From: Balanoglossus misakiensis
Lineage: Eukaryota; Animalia; Hemichordata
DNA length: 64,000 nt
NCBI GenBank assembly: GCA_040954595.2
Contig: CM082592.2
Span: forward strand, 1,922,001-1,986,000
Reading direction: 5' to 3'
Shown here: one piece after another, positions 25,953 to 39,899 of the stretch
Position numbering within the stretch: position 1 is the first letter of the stretch
Layout of the letters: the number at the start of each line of letters is the position of its first letter
Program-made: the position numbers and the translations under genes
Notes under the pieces: generated by a model
Seen by the model: only the letters and a program-made list of their open reading frames with translations
Databases searched by the model: none
What the model was told of the DNA's origin: nothing

Positions 25953-27598
25953 AACAATGTGACTAGTTCTCTTTTACTTTGGCTACGCTTAAAGGAAGAC
26001 ACACATACAGACCACATCGATCTTGTCCACTTGATCCACCAGCACGGACATCAGCCTAAATGTATGTGTCGGTCTAGACTCTCTCACAACCCCTCTCGCC
26101 GTCCGTGCAGGCTTATGGTCTGATTGCATGTGTGCCCGGCAGGGGGTGGGGGCGACTCATGAACGCTGCCCTCTAGTGGCTACTAAATTGACCAACCAGA
26201 GTGCGGCATTCTGGCTCACTCATATGCGCGTCTTGTCGACAGTAAAGGCTCGAAAAACCCGTTTTTTGAACAGAATGTGATCATCGAAATAAATCACGAT
26301 CACAAATTTAGAAAGTTGCATTATGTGTGGAACACCAGACATTTTTTCCCGTATGATACTACAACCGATCATTTTCACACTTTGTCGGCCGATAAACGTA
26401 GTGCCAATGTAGGCTGATAAACACCAGTGCCGAAAGGCGGTTTTCAAACTACCGATCATTTCAAACTCTGTCGATCTTTTCATAATAAGCCAAAGAGCGT
26501 ACATGTAGTGCAGTACCGTACCGAAAGGCCGTTTTCAAACTACCGATCTTTTTCATAATAAGCCGATATGACGTGACCGACACACGATGGAGCTCCGTTT
26601 GAGCCAGACAATAGTCCCGGACACCAATACGACAAGTAGACAATTGAAAATCACAAAGAAAATATTTTTTTGGGGGGGTCAGAACCTTTGTAAAAGTAAG
26701 GCTTCGAGGTATGAAAAGCGATATCACATCAACATGTCACGAAAATTCAGTTCACCCACGAGGAGACGCTCACGCTACGTATACTGCATCATACGAAGGT
26801 TCAGGAGCTATGCACTAGTCAGGCGTATGCGCTATACTATACATGCTATAGAACGGAATTGTTGCACTTGTAATCAGGGGCGATTTTGCAAAGACCCATG
26901 GGGGTACACACACCATTTTTCTAAAATAGTCAGAATATATATTGAAATTACCAAAAATCGTTTCAAAATGTTACAATTATTTTTTATAAGAAAGTGCTAC
27001 ACATCTTAAAACACTATAAATTCGATGTTTATTATTTTTCCAAATTTCGGGTCACTGTAAGTTTTATCAGTTTTTCGCAAGGTTTATCAAGATATTTCGG
27101 TAAAATGTGTCGTCTAATAGCTTAAACTACAAACTATCGATAAATGGTGAAAATGACTGGTAAAATACGATTATTCCGACGTAAATAAGCTTAGAAAATT
27201 ACGCGGGAAATCAGCACACCACTTCCGCATTTGAAAACAAGATAACGTTGGGGGCGCTACAAAGTTTAGAAAACACCGTGATTAACGGTCATTTGCATTT
27301 TGACGAGCTAGCGTTCGCACTGATATGCGAGGTAAGATTTTGACTCAGACGTGGTTTCAAATTGGAATCAGCCTTAATTTCTGTAGTAGAATACACGAGT
27401 TTTATCTTGGAAAAACAGTAAAAACCTCAAAAAATAATATGCACACTGAAGTTCTGCTTTCGATCAGAAATTCCTTTCCATTCCGTTCAAAATCCGTGTG
27501 GTGATAAAAGCAAAACGTGGAACATTTTTTGGATTTGGAGAAACTATTTTTTATTTCGTGTGGCTATTCCGTTCCGTTCCGTAAGCCTCACAAGAATA

Positions 27599-29526
27599 GA
27601 GAGGTTCGGCTACACGTTATACGCGAACGTGAACGCGCAACGTCAACGTCAATAATCTTTACGGCCCTGATACGGGTTTTGCGGCCCGAGGTCGTACGGC
27701 GGAAGCGCCCGACCGCAGTGAGGGCGCGAATCGCCGTACGACCGAGGGCCGCAAAACCCGTATCAGGGCTGTAAGGGTTTTATCATATGCCTTATTGAAC
27801 CACAATCTACAAGAAATTAATAAAAATACACATTCTGTAATTTTTGGAAAGTAGAAATTACGTATTTATCTGCCGTTTTGAAATGATCAATCGCGTAGCA
27901 TAGAGCCGTATTCCTCCAGCTCTTGCGGATTGATATGCATGACGTCATTTGTTTACATTTTATACAGACGCGCTCGAGCTCACCCAGCCGATCGCGAGGG
28001 AGATATTAATTTTTTCCTCGCGACGATCGACGGCGACAGTCACACATTAATCAGATCAAAATTCAAATCATCAATATTACTAAGATATCATATTTGATTT
28101 TCCTAATAAAGCTCTACAACATGCAGGGATTACGGGAGAGGATGGGATCGGAAGCCATACACAGCCAACACTCAAGTCACTGACATCAGACAAATGGCAT
28201 TCAGAACGTAGCAATAACAATTTTAATGAACATTAAAATATTTTAGAAGAACATTAAAACAGCAAAGGTGAAAAAACGCAATTCAGTCTCTCAAAATTAA
28301 TAACAAAGTGTTCGATCGCGGCCCCCATCACCGGCGGTGCCCCATACCCGGAAGTCTCGCTAAGACTACTCGCTATCCGAATCAAACATCACAAACGGAC
28401 GCGGACGTTTCCTTGCGGCTCCAGCTTCAGCCGTCGATGGCATGCACATATGTATAGTGCAGTTGTTAAAAACTGTGGCTGGAGCTGCTTGTTGTTTGAA
28501 TGGACCGGGTTTTGTGTCTTCAGGAGTGCTACTGCTGGGCTTGCTTAGAATTGCTGAAATGCGCCGGTGATCCTCAATCGAAACGGTGTCGTAGTGTTGT
28601 AGACTGGTGACGTTTTTGTGTCCGGTTATTTTTATTATCTGCTGTGGTGGGATTCCTGCCTTCGTCTGTGTTTGAACGGTTGTCTTCCGTACAGAGTAAT
28701 TTGTTTTTCGCCCACCAAACTTCATTGCAGCTGCAGCTCGTGGCATAAATGAGGCGATTTTATTTTTCCCCATCGGTCGATCGAAATACCACACGAGTGA
28801 GTTGATGTCGACTGCGGGTATCGGTTGCAGATAGAATGGGCTGTCCAGGGTACATTTTTCGATCGGGCGGTGTTGAACGTGCTCGCGATAAATTCTGATA
28901 GGGTTTCTGGTAGAATCGGCAACAGAGAAAATGCGAGGTGGTACGGCACGACGATCTCCATATGTTCCATCGCGTGTTTTGGTATCGCGTTCCCGGAACT
29001 CTAAAAAATCGAGGCCAGAGCTATCCCTTTGGATAGTGATGTCTCCGAAGCACAGTTTTCTGTGCTCGTCCCGACCGCGTAGACCGAAGTGCTTCGTGAA
29101 TAAATACCACAGAGTGAAATTCAAGGTGTCACCGTCAGCGCTGCCAAGTTTGCCTTCTTTCCACATTGCCTCCTCTTCTTCTGGAGATATAGCTTCACTA
29201 GCATGACTGCCAGAGCCCATGCCAGACTTCTCGCTCAGTCGTACGAACCGTGCTCGGTTTTCTTTGCGATTTGATGAAATCGTTCACACTTGCCAAATCA
29301 TCTTCACCAACTGTTGCCTCGCTTTCTCCTTCGAGTCCGAAAAGTAAAACATCTAATTCGTCTTTTGGAATTTCTTCCATCCACCGGATAATATCGTCCG
29401 CAGCCATAATTTATCGTACTCAGCGCAGTGAAGTGGAGCAGACGACAACTTTCGAATCTCGCGCAATAAAAACAAAAGTAGATCCGGATATTGAACGCGT
29501 CTTCCAAATATGGTCACCGGGCCGGG
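27599..29526 (-). mobile_element. Crypton-type tyrosine-recombinase DNA transposon, internally deleted and truncated
   Basis: YR ORF plus a long subterminal hairpin at 27659-27774; occupies exactly the interval between the two duplication copies. Confidence 0.85.
28366..29407 (-). pseudogene. Crypton tyrosine recombinase (DUF3504/KCTD1-ZMYM-QRICH1-like domain), disrupted
   Basis: ORF 28366-29220 has AISPEEEEAMW..GKLG, HFGLRGRDEH, PFYLQP, PMGKNKI, TNYSVRKT, ITGHKN and LQHY. The N-terminal piece 29198-29407 (..QRKPSTVRTT) is out of frame and abuts it directly. Confidence 0.88.
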
Positions 29527-32500
29527 GCGTATTATGCAGCACAAAGGTCAAAAGGTAACTTCGAGATTTCACATCTTCAGTGATTCATAAGTGACGTTAA
29601 TCTTAGGTTGTATTTCAAGGTCAGTGTGAATTATTCTTATGGCGTCACAATGTCGTAGTGTGTTTGCGTCCAAGAGATGGAGGAGAATGAGCTGAGGGGA
29701 ACCAGAGAGAGGGGGAGACAGGCAGACAGAATTAGCCGCACACAGGTTTGAAGTTGCCATGTTATTTCAATTTAGAAAAGGGTTTTCAGCTACTTTGTGC
29801 ATGAGAACACTTTTCATTTCTCCTTGCAGAGGCAGAAAATAAGAAACAGGCAGAAAGTAAGAAAAAGGAAAACAAAAATGTTACTTTCAGTGAAAATAGA
29901 ACGGTCTACGTTTTGTATGAGGAGCTCAAGAAATCTTCTGGTTATGAACTGGTAAGTGGCGCAATTCGTTGTTGTAATCATTACATGATTTTAGATTCCA
30001 TTCCCATAGCTTGTATTACATTTTTTCTATATTTTAACACGTCAGTCACACACGCGCGCGCGCGCGCACACACACACACACACACCCATACACACAGACA
30101 GACAGATAGACAGACAGACGCTCAGACAGACAGACGTACATGCATAGTTAGCTGGATATGTTTAGCAATCAAATTTGTGAATACATGCACAGGAATTAAC
30201 CTTGTTTCATGTCCAATCTAAATGTAGGAGTCTGCGAACATGAATACGGAAGGCACTGGAGTTCAATCGGGTTAGTGCATTTTGTATTAATTTTAACATT
30301 GTTTAGGATATATTGTGTGTTTTCCACCATTATATACAGTTTAGTGGTAAGTTTACTGACGTTTCATTTTTCGATTGTGTAATTCCAGGAAATCAAACCA
30401 TTGAATGATTTACCACCCCCAAAGCACACATGGGTACAACAGGCACATGGTCCAGGGCCGATCGACAGGAGAACCGCCACAATGAAATAACATTCCACTA
30501 AATAAAATATCACACTCCGTATATACAAGCTCTCCATTCATTAAATAAGTCTTCGATAGTTTTAGTGTCGCCTGATGAAATTATGCCCACGTCACGACTC
30601 TGGGGACCAGTGCTAATAAATTCGACATTGTAGCTGAGATAGCGTTGGTGGGCATGGTCAACATATCCGATACCATAGTGGGCAATGAGGGTAGAAATAA
30701 CCAAGTTAATCGCGATTTCGTTCAATTTAGGCCTACTACGATAACTATATACATTGTATGTACTGTGAATTTAGAACAGTTAAAACGGTTTCCCTTGGTT
30801 ACAGGATGTTTGCTTTCATGTGACCGACGCCCTCTCAAAAAGATAAGGTTCTCTTGTAACGGACTTTGATAGTATTGATTAAAATGTCGGATTGGTGGGA
30901 AATGGAAAAATCCATATATTGAGTATTCTCTTACTTAATTCGGTCTATAACCTTGTCTTATAGCATTAATCACGATATAAATACATGCAATTCGATGCAA
31001 GTCGCACAGTTTTATTGTATAGAGTTGTGAGGTGGGACGGTAAGGAAGAGCCGGCCACCATAGCGTGTCTATACCATGGGCTTCGTAGATGCCCTATCCT
31101 GATATCAGCGAAGAGCACTGTACCCGATTTGCACGCACGGGGGACTTTTGGTGATAACACCAAACTCTGCATGAACTTTACACCAATGAAAAAAGATCGC
31201 CATTTCCAAGAGAGTACATGGCACGGCCGGAGATTATTACGCTGTTCACTGCCATGGGGAAAATAGTCAATTTGGATATAAAAAAGGCACAGACTTGGCA
31301 CTGTTAAAGCGCGTAGCTCATCTCACAGGCATATTCCAGCTGTAGCCGCTGGTTACAGGCGTTTAGTGAACAGTCAATCCCATGAGGCTGCTCTGTCCTA
31401 ACGACAGAGAAGATGGCGGCGCCCATAATCTGTGTCGGAGATCGTGAAAAGACACCAGCTTGGGTGAAAAGGAGGGACAAAACCAGAATCTATACTTATA
31501 CGGTGCGCATGAAAAATGCAAGGAAGCGAAGGCAGTCCACTATTTGAATGCATCGAACGGAAAATTGGCTGGGAAGTTACGCGCATGCGCGTGAGACAAG
31601 ACACACAACACAGACAATCCCCCAAATTTAAATCCCCGGGGACACAACAGAGGTACAGGTACAAGATGCTGACTTATTTGTACAAAATCGATGCAAACGT
31701 TAATTACATGATAAAATTCCACCTTGGGGATTCTGATACATTTCAACGAAACACCTTTCCAACGTTAATCAGAATAAAACATTTAAAGTGACATTCCATT
31801 GATTATACCTTAATGACGTCATGAGAAATCTATTGACTTTTCCATAGCAACAATATCTCCACCCCCGCCTGCCTTGTAACATGCGATAGGTTATATCTTT
31901 GGTATTTATTTATTCATTGCTTATTTATCTTTCTCGTAACACTTGATTGATCGACATACATTGTAAGTTGTACACCTTGCTGTATCTGTACATTCCAGCC
32001 ATATTTTTCACTACAGGTTGTAAATTTAAATTTATCAAAACAGTCTTCTGGTGTTTTTGTGAGCCGAATGAGAAGCTGACTACGCATGCGCCACGATGTT
32101 TTTTGAAATGTTATCACATACATTAGAATCATATTCATTCACTCGTTTGTGAAATGTGAAATGCCATGCATTCCGAATGCCTTTTCACTATCTGACATTT
32201 TGTTTAATATCTCTCCTAGAATCACCCCCCCCCCCAAAAAAAAATTCTCTTTAGACTTAAATGATGAAAACATACTGGTCTGAATGCTGCACATGCGCGA
32301 TGAACGGCAGTGTGGCGTTTGGATTAACACTGAATAATTTACTAACATAATTTTGACCCGTAGCGATTACAGTCCACACCACGTGGAAGTAGGGTATATG
32401 ATAAAAAGGGCACAACACCCTGGTTTTTATAAAGGGTCAAAGTCCTGAAATATTGTCCTTGTTCACATTCGTTACTATGATTAGGTAGTAGTAGTAGAAG

Positions 32501-32528
32501 TAGTAGTTGTTGTTGTTGATGATGATGA

Positions 32529-32570
<42 letters not shown>

Positions 32571-33976
32571 CAATTAATTACAAAACAGCTGCAGCATGAA
32601 TCGCTATGAAATTGATGAGTCGCGTATGCCCATGGCTGTTAGTATAAATAATTAAAACAAAATGTCGAATCGTTAAATTTATTGTGGTACTAAATGGATT
32701 TGCATGACATGCCAATTTTGTAAATGTTCATGATGGAACTCGTATGTGTTCTTGGTCAAATTCGCGACGCACAATTCTCTGGAGGTTTATTTTTACACAG
32801 AAGAAATGAACAACACCACGTGTAGAGGGCGCCATGTGTTGGAGAAGCAGTGACTAGTGCGTTCTAGTCAGTTGTTGCCGTGTTACCGCATGGGGTGTAA
32901 TCTCAAGCCAGATTCTGAATAACGCATGATTTTCGATTGGCGGTACGTAGCTTTGGTAAACGATGGTTAATAGCAGAAATGCTGCGTTGTTATGACAACA
33001 GACCAGTACAAGGAATAACCCGGAACTGTTTTCTGTTTAATCTAGGTGGGAATAATATGGCAGACGTTTCACATAATACCCATCGTTTTATTTCATTGTC
33101 ACTAGTTTTTTTTATGTTCCATTTCCTAAAACAACATAATTGCGTGTGAAGTTGTAAGAAGAAATTGCTAATTATACATTGGATTGTGAAAGTGTTAAAC
33201 CAAAACGTGCAAGGAGACGCCATTACAAGTGCCTCATCTCACTAGCCATTATAATTAACCATACGAATATCAGGATGGTAATCCTTGCAATAGTAGTGGT
33301 CGCGTTCGTCACATCGTTGGAAAGATCAGTATTGAACCGGGCTTGAAAATGTCACTTTTCGGCCTGTTGGCAAGGCGGTCCGGACACTTTAATATTAAAA
33401 ATACAACGCCATATTAAGGTATAGGATGCTATGCAGGAATTGAGATCTCTTTATTAATAATGGAACTCAATACGTATTGACTTGTATTTTATAACGCTAT
33501 TATTCGTCACGTAAACCTACCATGTTTAAAAAAATACAACTTACGTTTTAGGGGAGTTTTTAAGCATACTAAACGTTAATTGGATTTCTCAAGCAATTTA
33601 ACAGCTTATATCATGTCGATTCATGCAAAGTACACTGTTGTTCACTTCTTGAAGACAGAGAGGGATGTTAAAGATACGACATACAAAAATCGTTTACTTA
33701 CATCAACTGAACTACATATGACATGTAAGATATCGTCCTCATAAAATTCTAATGTACATTCTAAACACTCCTCGCTTCTTTCTTCTTCTAACAAGTGTCC
33801 CTGAAATGAAAAATGTAACTCCTGATAGCATTATTTTTAAGTTCATGTTATTTTCGATAAACGATAACAACATTCAGTTACTAGACAGAGTCAGATGATA
33901 TCCACACACTCTGATCGAGGCGACCAACAAGCACTCAGCGACGGACGGACATACAGACAAGACAGACAGGCAGAGT

Positions 33977-34016
<40 letters not shown>

Positions 34017-37000
34017 GGCAGGCAGAGTTACTGGCGGACAGGCAGGCAGAGTGACAGAAAGACAGACAGACAGGCAGGCAGAGTGACAGACAGACAAACA
34101 GACAGACAGGCAGAGGGACAGACAGACAGACAGAAAGACAGACAGAAACAATGTGACTAGTTCTCTTTTACTTTGGCTACGCTTAAAGGGAGACACACAT
34201 ACAAACCACATCGATCTTGTCCACTTGATCCACAAGCACGGACATCAGCCTGAATGTATGTGTCGGTCTAGACTATCTCACAACCCCTCTCGCCGTCCGT
34301 GCAGGCTTATGGTCTGATTGCATGTGTGCCCGGCAAGGGGGGGGGGGGGGGCGACTCATGAACTCTGCCCTCTAGTGGCTACTAAATTGACCAACCAGAG
34401 TGCGGCATTCTGGCTCACTCATATGCGCGTCTTGTCGACAGTAAAGGCTCGAAAAACCCCGTTTTTGAACAGAATGCGATCATCGAAATAAATCACGATC
34501 ACAAATTTAGAAAGTTACATTATGTGTGGAACACCAGACATTTTTTCTCGTATGATACTACAACCGATCATTTTCACACTTTGTCGGCCGATAAACGTAG
34601 TGCCAATGTAGGCTGATAAACACCAGTGCCGAAAGGCGGTTTTCAAACTACCGATCATTTCAAACTCTGTCGATCTTTTTAATAATAAGCCAAAGAGCGT
34701 AGTGCAGTAGCGTACCGAAAGGCCGTTTTCAAACTACCGATCTTTTTCATAATAAGCCGATATGACGGGACCGACACACGATGGACCTCCGTTTGAGCCA
34801 GACAATAGTCCCGGACACCAATACGACAAGTAGACAATAGAAAATCACAAAGAAATATGTTTTTTGGGGGGTCAGAACTTTTGTAAAAGTAAGGCTTCGA
34901 GGTATGAAAAGCGATTACACATCAACATGTCACGAAAATTCAGTTCACCCACGAGGAGACGCTCACACTACGTATACTGCATCATACGAAGGTTCAGGAG
35001 CTATGCACTAGTCAGGCGTGTGCGCTATACTATACATGCTATAGAACGGAATTGTTGCACTTGTAATCAGGGGCGATTTTGCAAAGACCCATGGGGGTAC
35101 ACACACCATTTTTCTAAAATAGTCAGAATATATATTGAAATTACCAAAATCGTTTCAAAATGTTACAATTATTTTTTTATAAGAAAGTGCTGCACATCTT
35201 AAAACACTATAAGGGACCGTTCAGTTTTTACGGCCGGGGGGGGGGGGGGCGGCAAAATCCAGGGGGGGTCACTTAAATTTTGAAGTCCACAAGGGGGGGG
35301 GGTCATCTGTTATTTTTAAACGTTTAGGGGGGGTCACATACTTTTGCCACCGAACTTTTGCTTTTGAGTCCACAAAATTGCAGTTTCGCACCCTTTATTT
35401 TACAAAATTTTCTAATGTGGGAGGGGCACACCCCCTCCCGCACCCACCCCCTTCATTCTCCGCCACATTTCATTTTTTGCTGGTTTGTCTAGTGTACCAG
35501 GGCAGAGTGCTTGCCACCCCAACCCCACCGATGATAATATTTAACAAAGTGAATACATAAAGGATAATAATTGTTTAAACCATTTTGCATAACTGATAGT
35601 TTCGCGCTGCATCTTCTATATACTAGAAGTTTTATAAATGATGTCTTGACAAGATGACGCCAAATCTTCAAACTTTGAGTGGAGTGGCAAAAAGTAAAAT
35701 TGGTCCTCCCAAACATTGAGATAATTTGCTTTTGAGTTCATTAAAATGCAACTTTGCGCTACATATTTTACTAAATTTTCTTATGTGGGAGGGGGACACC
35801 CCCTCCCACACCCACCCCCTCCTTTCTTCGCCACATTGCATTTATTCACTGGTTTGTCTAGTGTACCAGGGAAGACTTCTTGCCACCCCACCCCCATGCT
35901 TACTTTGAGTGGAGCGGCAAAATTAAAATTTGTCCTCCCTAACATTGAGTTAATTTGCTTTTGAGTTCATTAAATTGCAACTTTGAGCACCGTATTTTAC
36001 ACAATTTTCTTATGTGGGAGGGGGACACCCCCTCCCACGCCCACACCCGCCACTTTTCTTGTTTTACCGATTCTAGCAACTATTGTATTGACTTGTCATT
36101 TTAATTTGTTCATAGATTTCTTTATTGCAATGATATACTATTATAAACTTCAATAATACTTTAAGAAATATATAATTGAGGTGTGAGGAGCCTCATTCCC
36201 TTTATTGCATACAGTGTACATAGGATCAGGACGGCGAATGTTTTCGGCGTGGGGGGGGGTCATCATATTTTTGGGTCTGTCAAATGGGGGGTCATCATTT
36301 TTTGGTCCGGGTGAAGGGGGGGTCAGCCTGATTTTGAGAACCGATGACACAAACTTGCCACCCCCCCCCCCCTGCCGTAAAAACTGAACGGTCCCTAAAT
36401 TCGATGTTTATTATTTTTCCAAATTTCGGGTCACTGTAAGTTTTATCAGTTTTCCGCAAGGTTTATCAAGATATTTCGGTAAAAATGTGTCGTTTAATAG
36501 CTTAAACTACAAACTATCGATAAATGGTGAAAATGACTGTTAAAATACGATTATTCCGACGTAAATAAGCTTAGAAAATTACGCGGGAAATCAGCACACC
36601 ACTTCCGCATTTGAAAACAAGATAACGTTGAGGGCGCTGCAAAGTTTAGAAAACACCGGTCTTGACTCCACTGTCTTGCAGGAACCCTCATTTGCTCATT
36701 GCTACATATTCACAACATACACAACATACATGTAAACAATAAATTTATGATGATGAGACTAGAGCCAGACCATAGAGCAGTCAGACCCGTTTATTCGAAG
36801 CAAGGACAAAGTGCACTATATGCTGAGTAACGCCTGTAGGTTATTAAACTGCAGCTTTGCCTGCGGCGTGTGTGGTAATAAATCCTGTCGGCACCCTATC
36901 AAGCGAGTCACGAAAAAACAGAGGTAAACCTTTTTCAGAAAATACTCTGAAAACCTGCATCCATTTGCCATGCAAGATAGGGCTCGAGGAGTGGTGTTGG

Positions 37001-37753
37001 ACCTCACCTGGTTACCACCAAACTTTAAAAATGTAAACATGGTTTACTCACTGAAACCTTTACAGTTGCTGGGAAATACTACAAAAACAATGTTTTACCT
37101 TTTAACCAAGAATTACATGTCAATAAAATAGGAAGCACAATCACACTTGTTATCTAAAACATTGCTGAAAATATCTAATTAATGCTAGTGAGAAAAATAA
37201 CTTTGATGAACAAGGTCCAATAACTGCACTGCTCGAAGATCGGCCTAGAAAATGCTGAGAAATACCTCAACACGCACATGGCATTCTCCCCACTATGCCT
37301 CATTGGTCAATGCAACATTTTGACACTTTCCTATCCAATAAGAATACAGCAAAAACTTTGAGCACGCATTAAACACTGCTTGTGTACGTGACATCAAGAC
37401 AATGATTTCGAGACTTTACTGTCGAAACGCGCGAAATCATATTGATTAACGGTCATTTGCATTTTGACGAGCTAGCGTTCGCACTGATATGCGAGGTAAG
37501 ATTTTGACTCAGACGTGGTTTCAAATTGGAATCAGCCTTATTTTCTGTAGTAGAATACACGAGTTTTATCTTGGAAAAACAGTAAAAACTTAAATAATAT
37601 GCACACTGAAGTTCTGCTTTCGATCCGAAATTCCTTTCCATTCCGTTCAAAATCCGTGTGGTGATAAAAGCAAAACGTGGAACATTTTTTGGATTTGGAG
37701 AAACTATTTTTTATTTCGTGTGGCTATTCCGTTCCGTAAGCCTCACAAGAATA
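29527..37753 (+). repeat. Segmental tandem duplication, copy 2 (extra MITE and ~785-bp extra segment); carries duplicate 3' exons of the Ig receptor at 29527-30490
   Basis: Colinear with 21064-27598 apart from 35213-36398, 36659-37442 and small indels. Confidence 0.95.
35213..36395. mobile_element. PIF/Harbinger-type MITE, family A (copy 2)
   Basis: Same TIRs as copy 1; TAA TSD confirmed by the empty paralogous site ACACTATAAATTCGATG at ~27011-27027. Confidence 0.95.
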
Positions 37754-38202
37754 TTACGAGAGCCTGTGGTGTGAACAGAATTGAACGCGCAAAGGGCCAT
37801 GACCTCGTTTGAACTCTCGCATTGAGTATTCAAAAACGCAACCAGGGACAGACCACAAAATGAACGAATTCCCCATAAAATTATTTTCTGTCATACTTAG
37901 TGGACGTAGACTATCGTCAGCCGCTTGTGTCGCTTGTAATATTATTTCCATGGCAATGTTCCGCGTCTCTGACGCTCGACCCAGAGGTCGCGCGCGACTT
38001 CAGCCCTCTTTGGCTGCCATAGCTGGTGATCATCCTCTGTGTACCTGTGTGTACCAGAACAGAAATCACGTGACGCGTGTCTGGTGAAAATAAATTTTCC
38101 CCGTAGTACAATGTTTACTGACAATGGTGGCGTAATCGAACCCAGAACTTGGAATAACCGCGAAAAATTGTGTCGAGTGGTCAGGAAATACGTACCACAC
38201 GC

Positions 38203-38447
38203 TGACTTCCAAATGTCTCTACATTTTGATGTTTGTGGCAGTACACACATGATGTCTAAACTGGCGACACAGTTACAATTACTCCGTGTATGGTCCCCAA
38301 AACTGTCAGTTTCCTCCACAATACTGAATGAGTGAAGAACGTACACATAAATCATGAGCCTACTAAGGGGACTGGTCGGTTTCTTCAGCCTGGGGGGAGG
38401 GGTGGATTATAGGGGAGGAAGTCACCCTGTTTTGGAATTGGGTGATG
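38203..38447. repeat. Dispersed repeat, inverted copy of 45471-45727 (includes one TIR of Harbinger family C)
   Basis: Reverse-complement similarity, e.g. CATGAGCCTACTAAGGGGACTGGTCGGTTTCTTCAGCCTGGGG versus CCCCAGGCTGAAGAACCGACCAGT..CCCTTAGTAGGCTCATG. Confidence 0.85.
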
Positions 38448-39899
38448 TCATCTCTGGTGCTGGTGTCTATCCTCCTGTACTTTGCAAGGCTAACTTTATT
38501 CCCCATCTTGCTAAAACATTCATACGTTCGACATGTGTGTGTTTTAAATGATCATCCTCAACTGCTTCAATCTTTTGCCACCCTTTGCGACCTTTGACCT
38601 GTCATAGTTCAAAATAGCAGATTTGAATAAGGCTCGCTATTTCTACTGTTCATGATTTTTTGTTTTGTTTTGTTTTGCGAAAGAAGGGAAAATGAGCTTT
38701 GCACACAACGTGAAGGATCAACTAGGCCAACATAACTCCATGAACCCGTCCACATACGGCCCGGATTTTATGTCGGCCCTGATCCCCCTTTCCGAACGCG
38801 ACCAAACTAATTCAGCCCTGTGCCCACTTAGCGTGTCCAAATTGGTTTTTCTATACCGCCCCAGGCCCAGCACTGATGCTACACCGCCATAATGAGTATG
38901 GTGTGACCCCCAAGTGTTTTGCCCCCATTGCATCACATAACAAAGTTTTAAGCTTCTCTTTGTAAGTCGTCCTGAAGAGGTAAAATCACAACAGTGAACT
39001 TTCTATTTGAATTGTGCAATATGCCTGGCTTTGAATCGCATAAAATACAAGTAAATTGTCTATCTTGAGATGGAAGCACGGCTGGTGGACAGCAATTTTC
39101 CTGGGGTTATCTTTCGCGGAGTTAAGCACTGGAATCATGTGAAAAGTGGGCAAGACGAGTAGGGTAAGATTGAGCCCCTAACAGAAATGATGCTTTTTAA
39201 AGATTGAACAAAGTAAGAACTTAAAAAATGAATTTGGAATAAATTGATTCACTATATATGAACAATAATGAAGATTAATGTTAAAACCCTAGGCATCGAC
39301 AGAGTCGAACTGTCAATGTGGATACATTCTCCAAGAACACCTCTTGCGGGTAAATTAATTTCATTATTTGTTCATTATATAGTGTAGCTAAGTGTGGCTA
39401 GGTGGCTAACTGCTGATGTAATAAATCTTGCATACCCATTTGAAACATGTCACAGTATTCAAATTGAAATGATGAGCAAAAAAAATATCTGCTCATCATA
39501 TTGATAGAAAGTGCCAAAATAGTTTGTTGACGGTGCACACAATAGCTTTTGGCTTTACCCTGGTTAACTATTATTATTTTTATTATTTTTAAATTTAATT
39601 AAGTGCCTAATGGGTAAAGACCAAAAGCTTCTTGGTCCCATCTCTCCCCCATATAATTTTGGTTCCTTTTTTGATGCAAGATAATTACATTCTGTGTGAT
39701 AACCTAGTCTTTTTTTACACGCCTAAAGGGCAGTGAAAAAACCTTGAGCCAAATATAAATGAGGAAAAACTGCCCTCTCCCCCATCGTTCGATGCAAATA
39801 TTAAAGGCTAACCCGAATCGTCTTGCTGGCTTTTAATTTTTTTAATGAATTACGATGAACGAGCGAATTGTGTCGAGGGACGAAGAAAACACGCAGTGT

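Larger units (their letters stand above)
21064..27598 (+). repeat. Segmental tandem duplication, copy 1 (~6.5 kb)
   Basis: Near-identical to 29527-37753, from GCGTATTATGCAGCACAAAGG to CCTCACAAGAATA; several ORF translations are identical between the copies. Confidence 0.95.

Noticed and set aside
25449-26017. ORFs with CLSV/TDRQ repeats (also 5757-6205, 9955-10181, 19216-19470, 23890-24252, 33891-34235)
   Set aside because: Translations of microsatellites.
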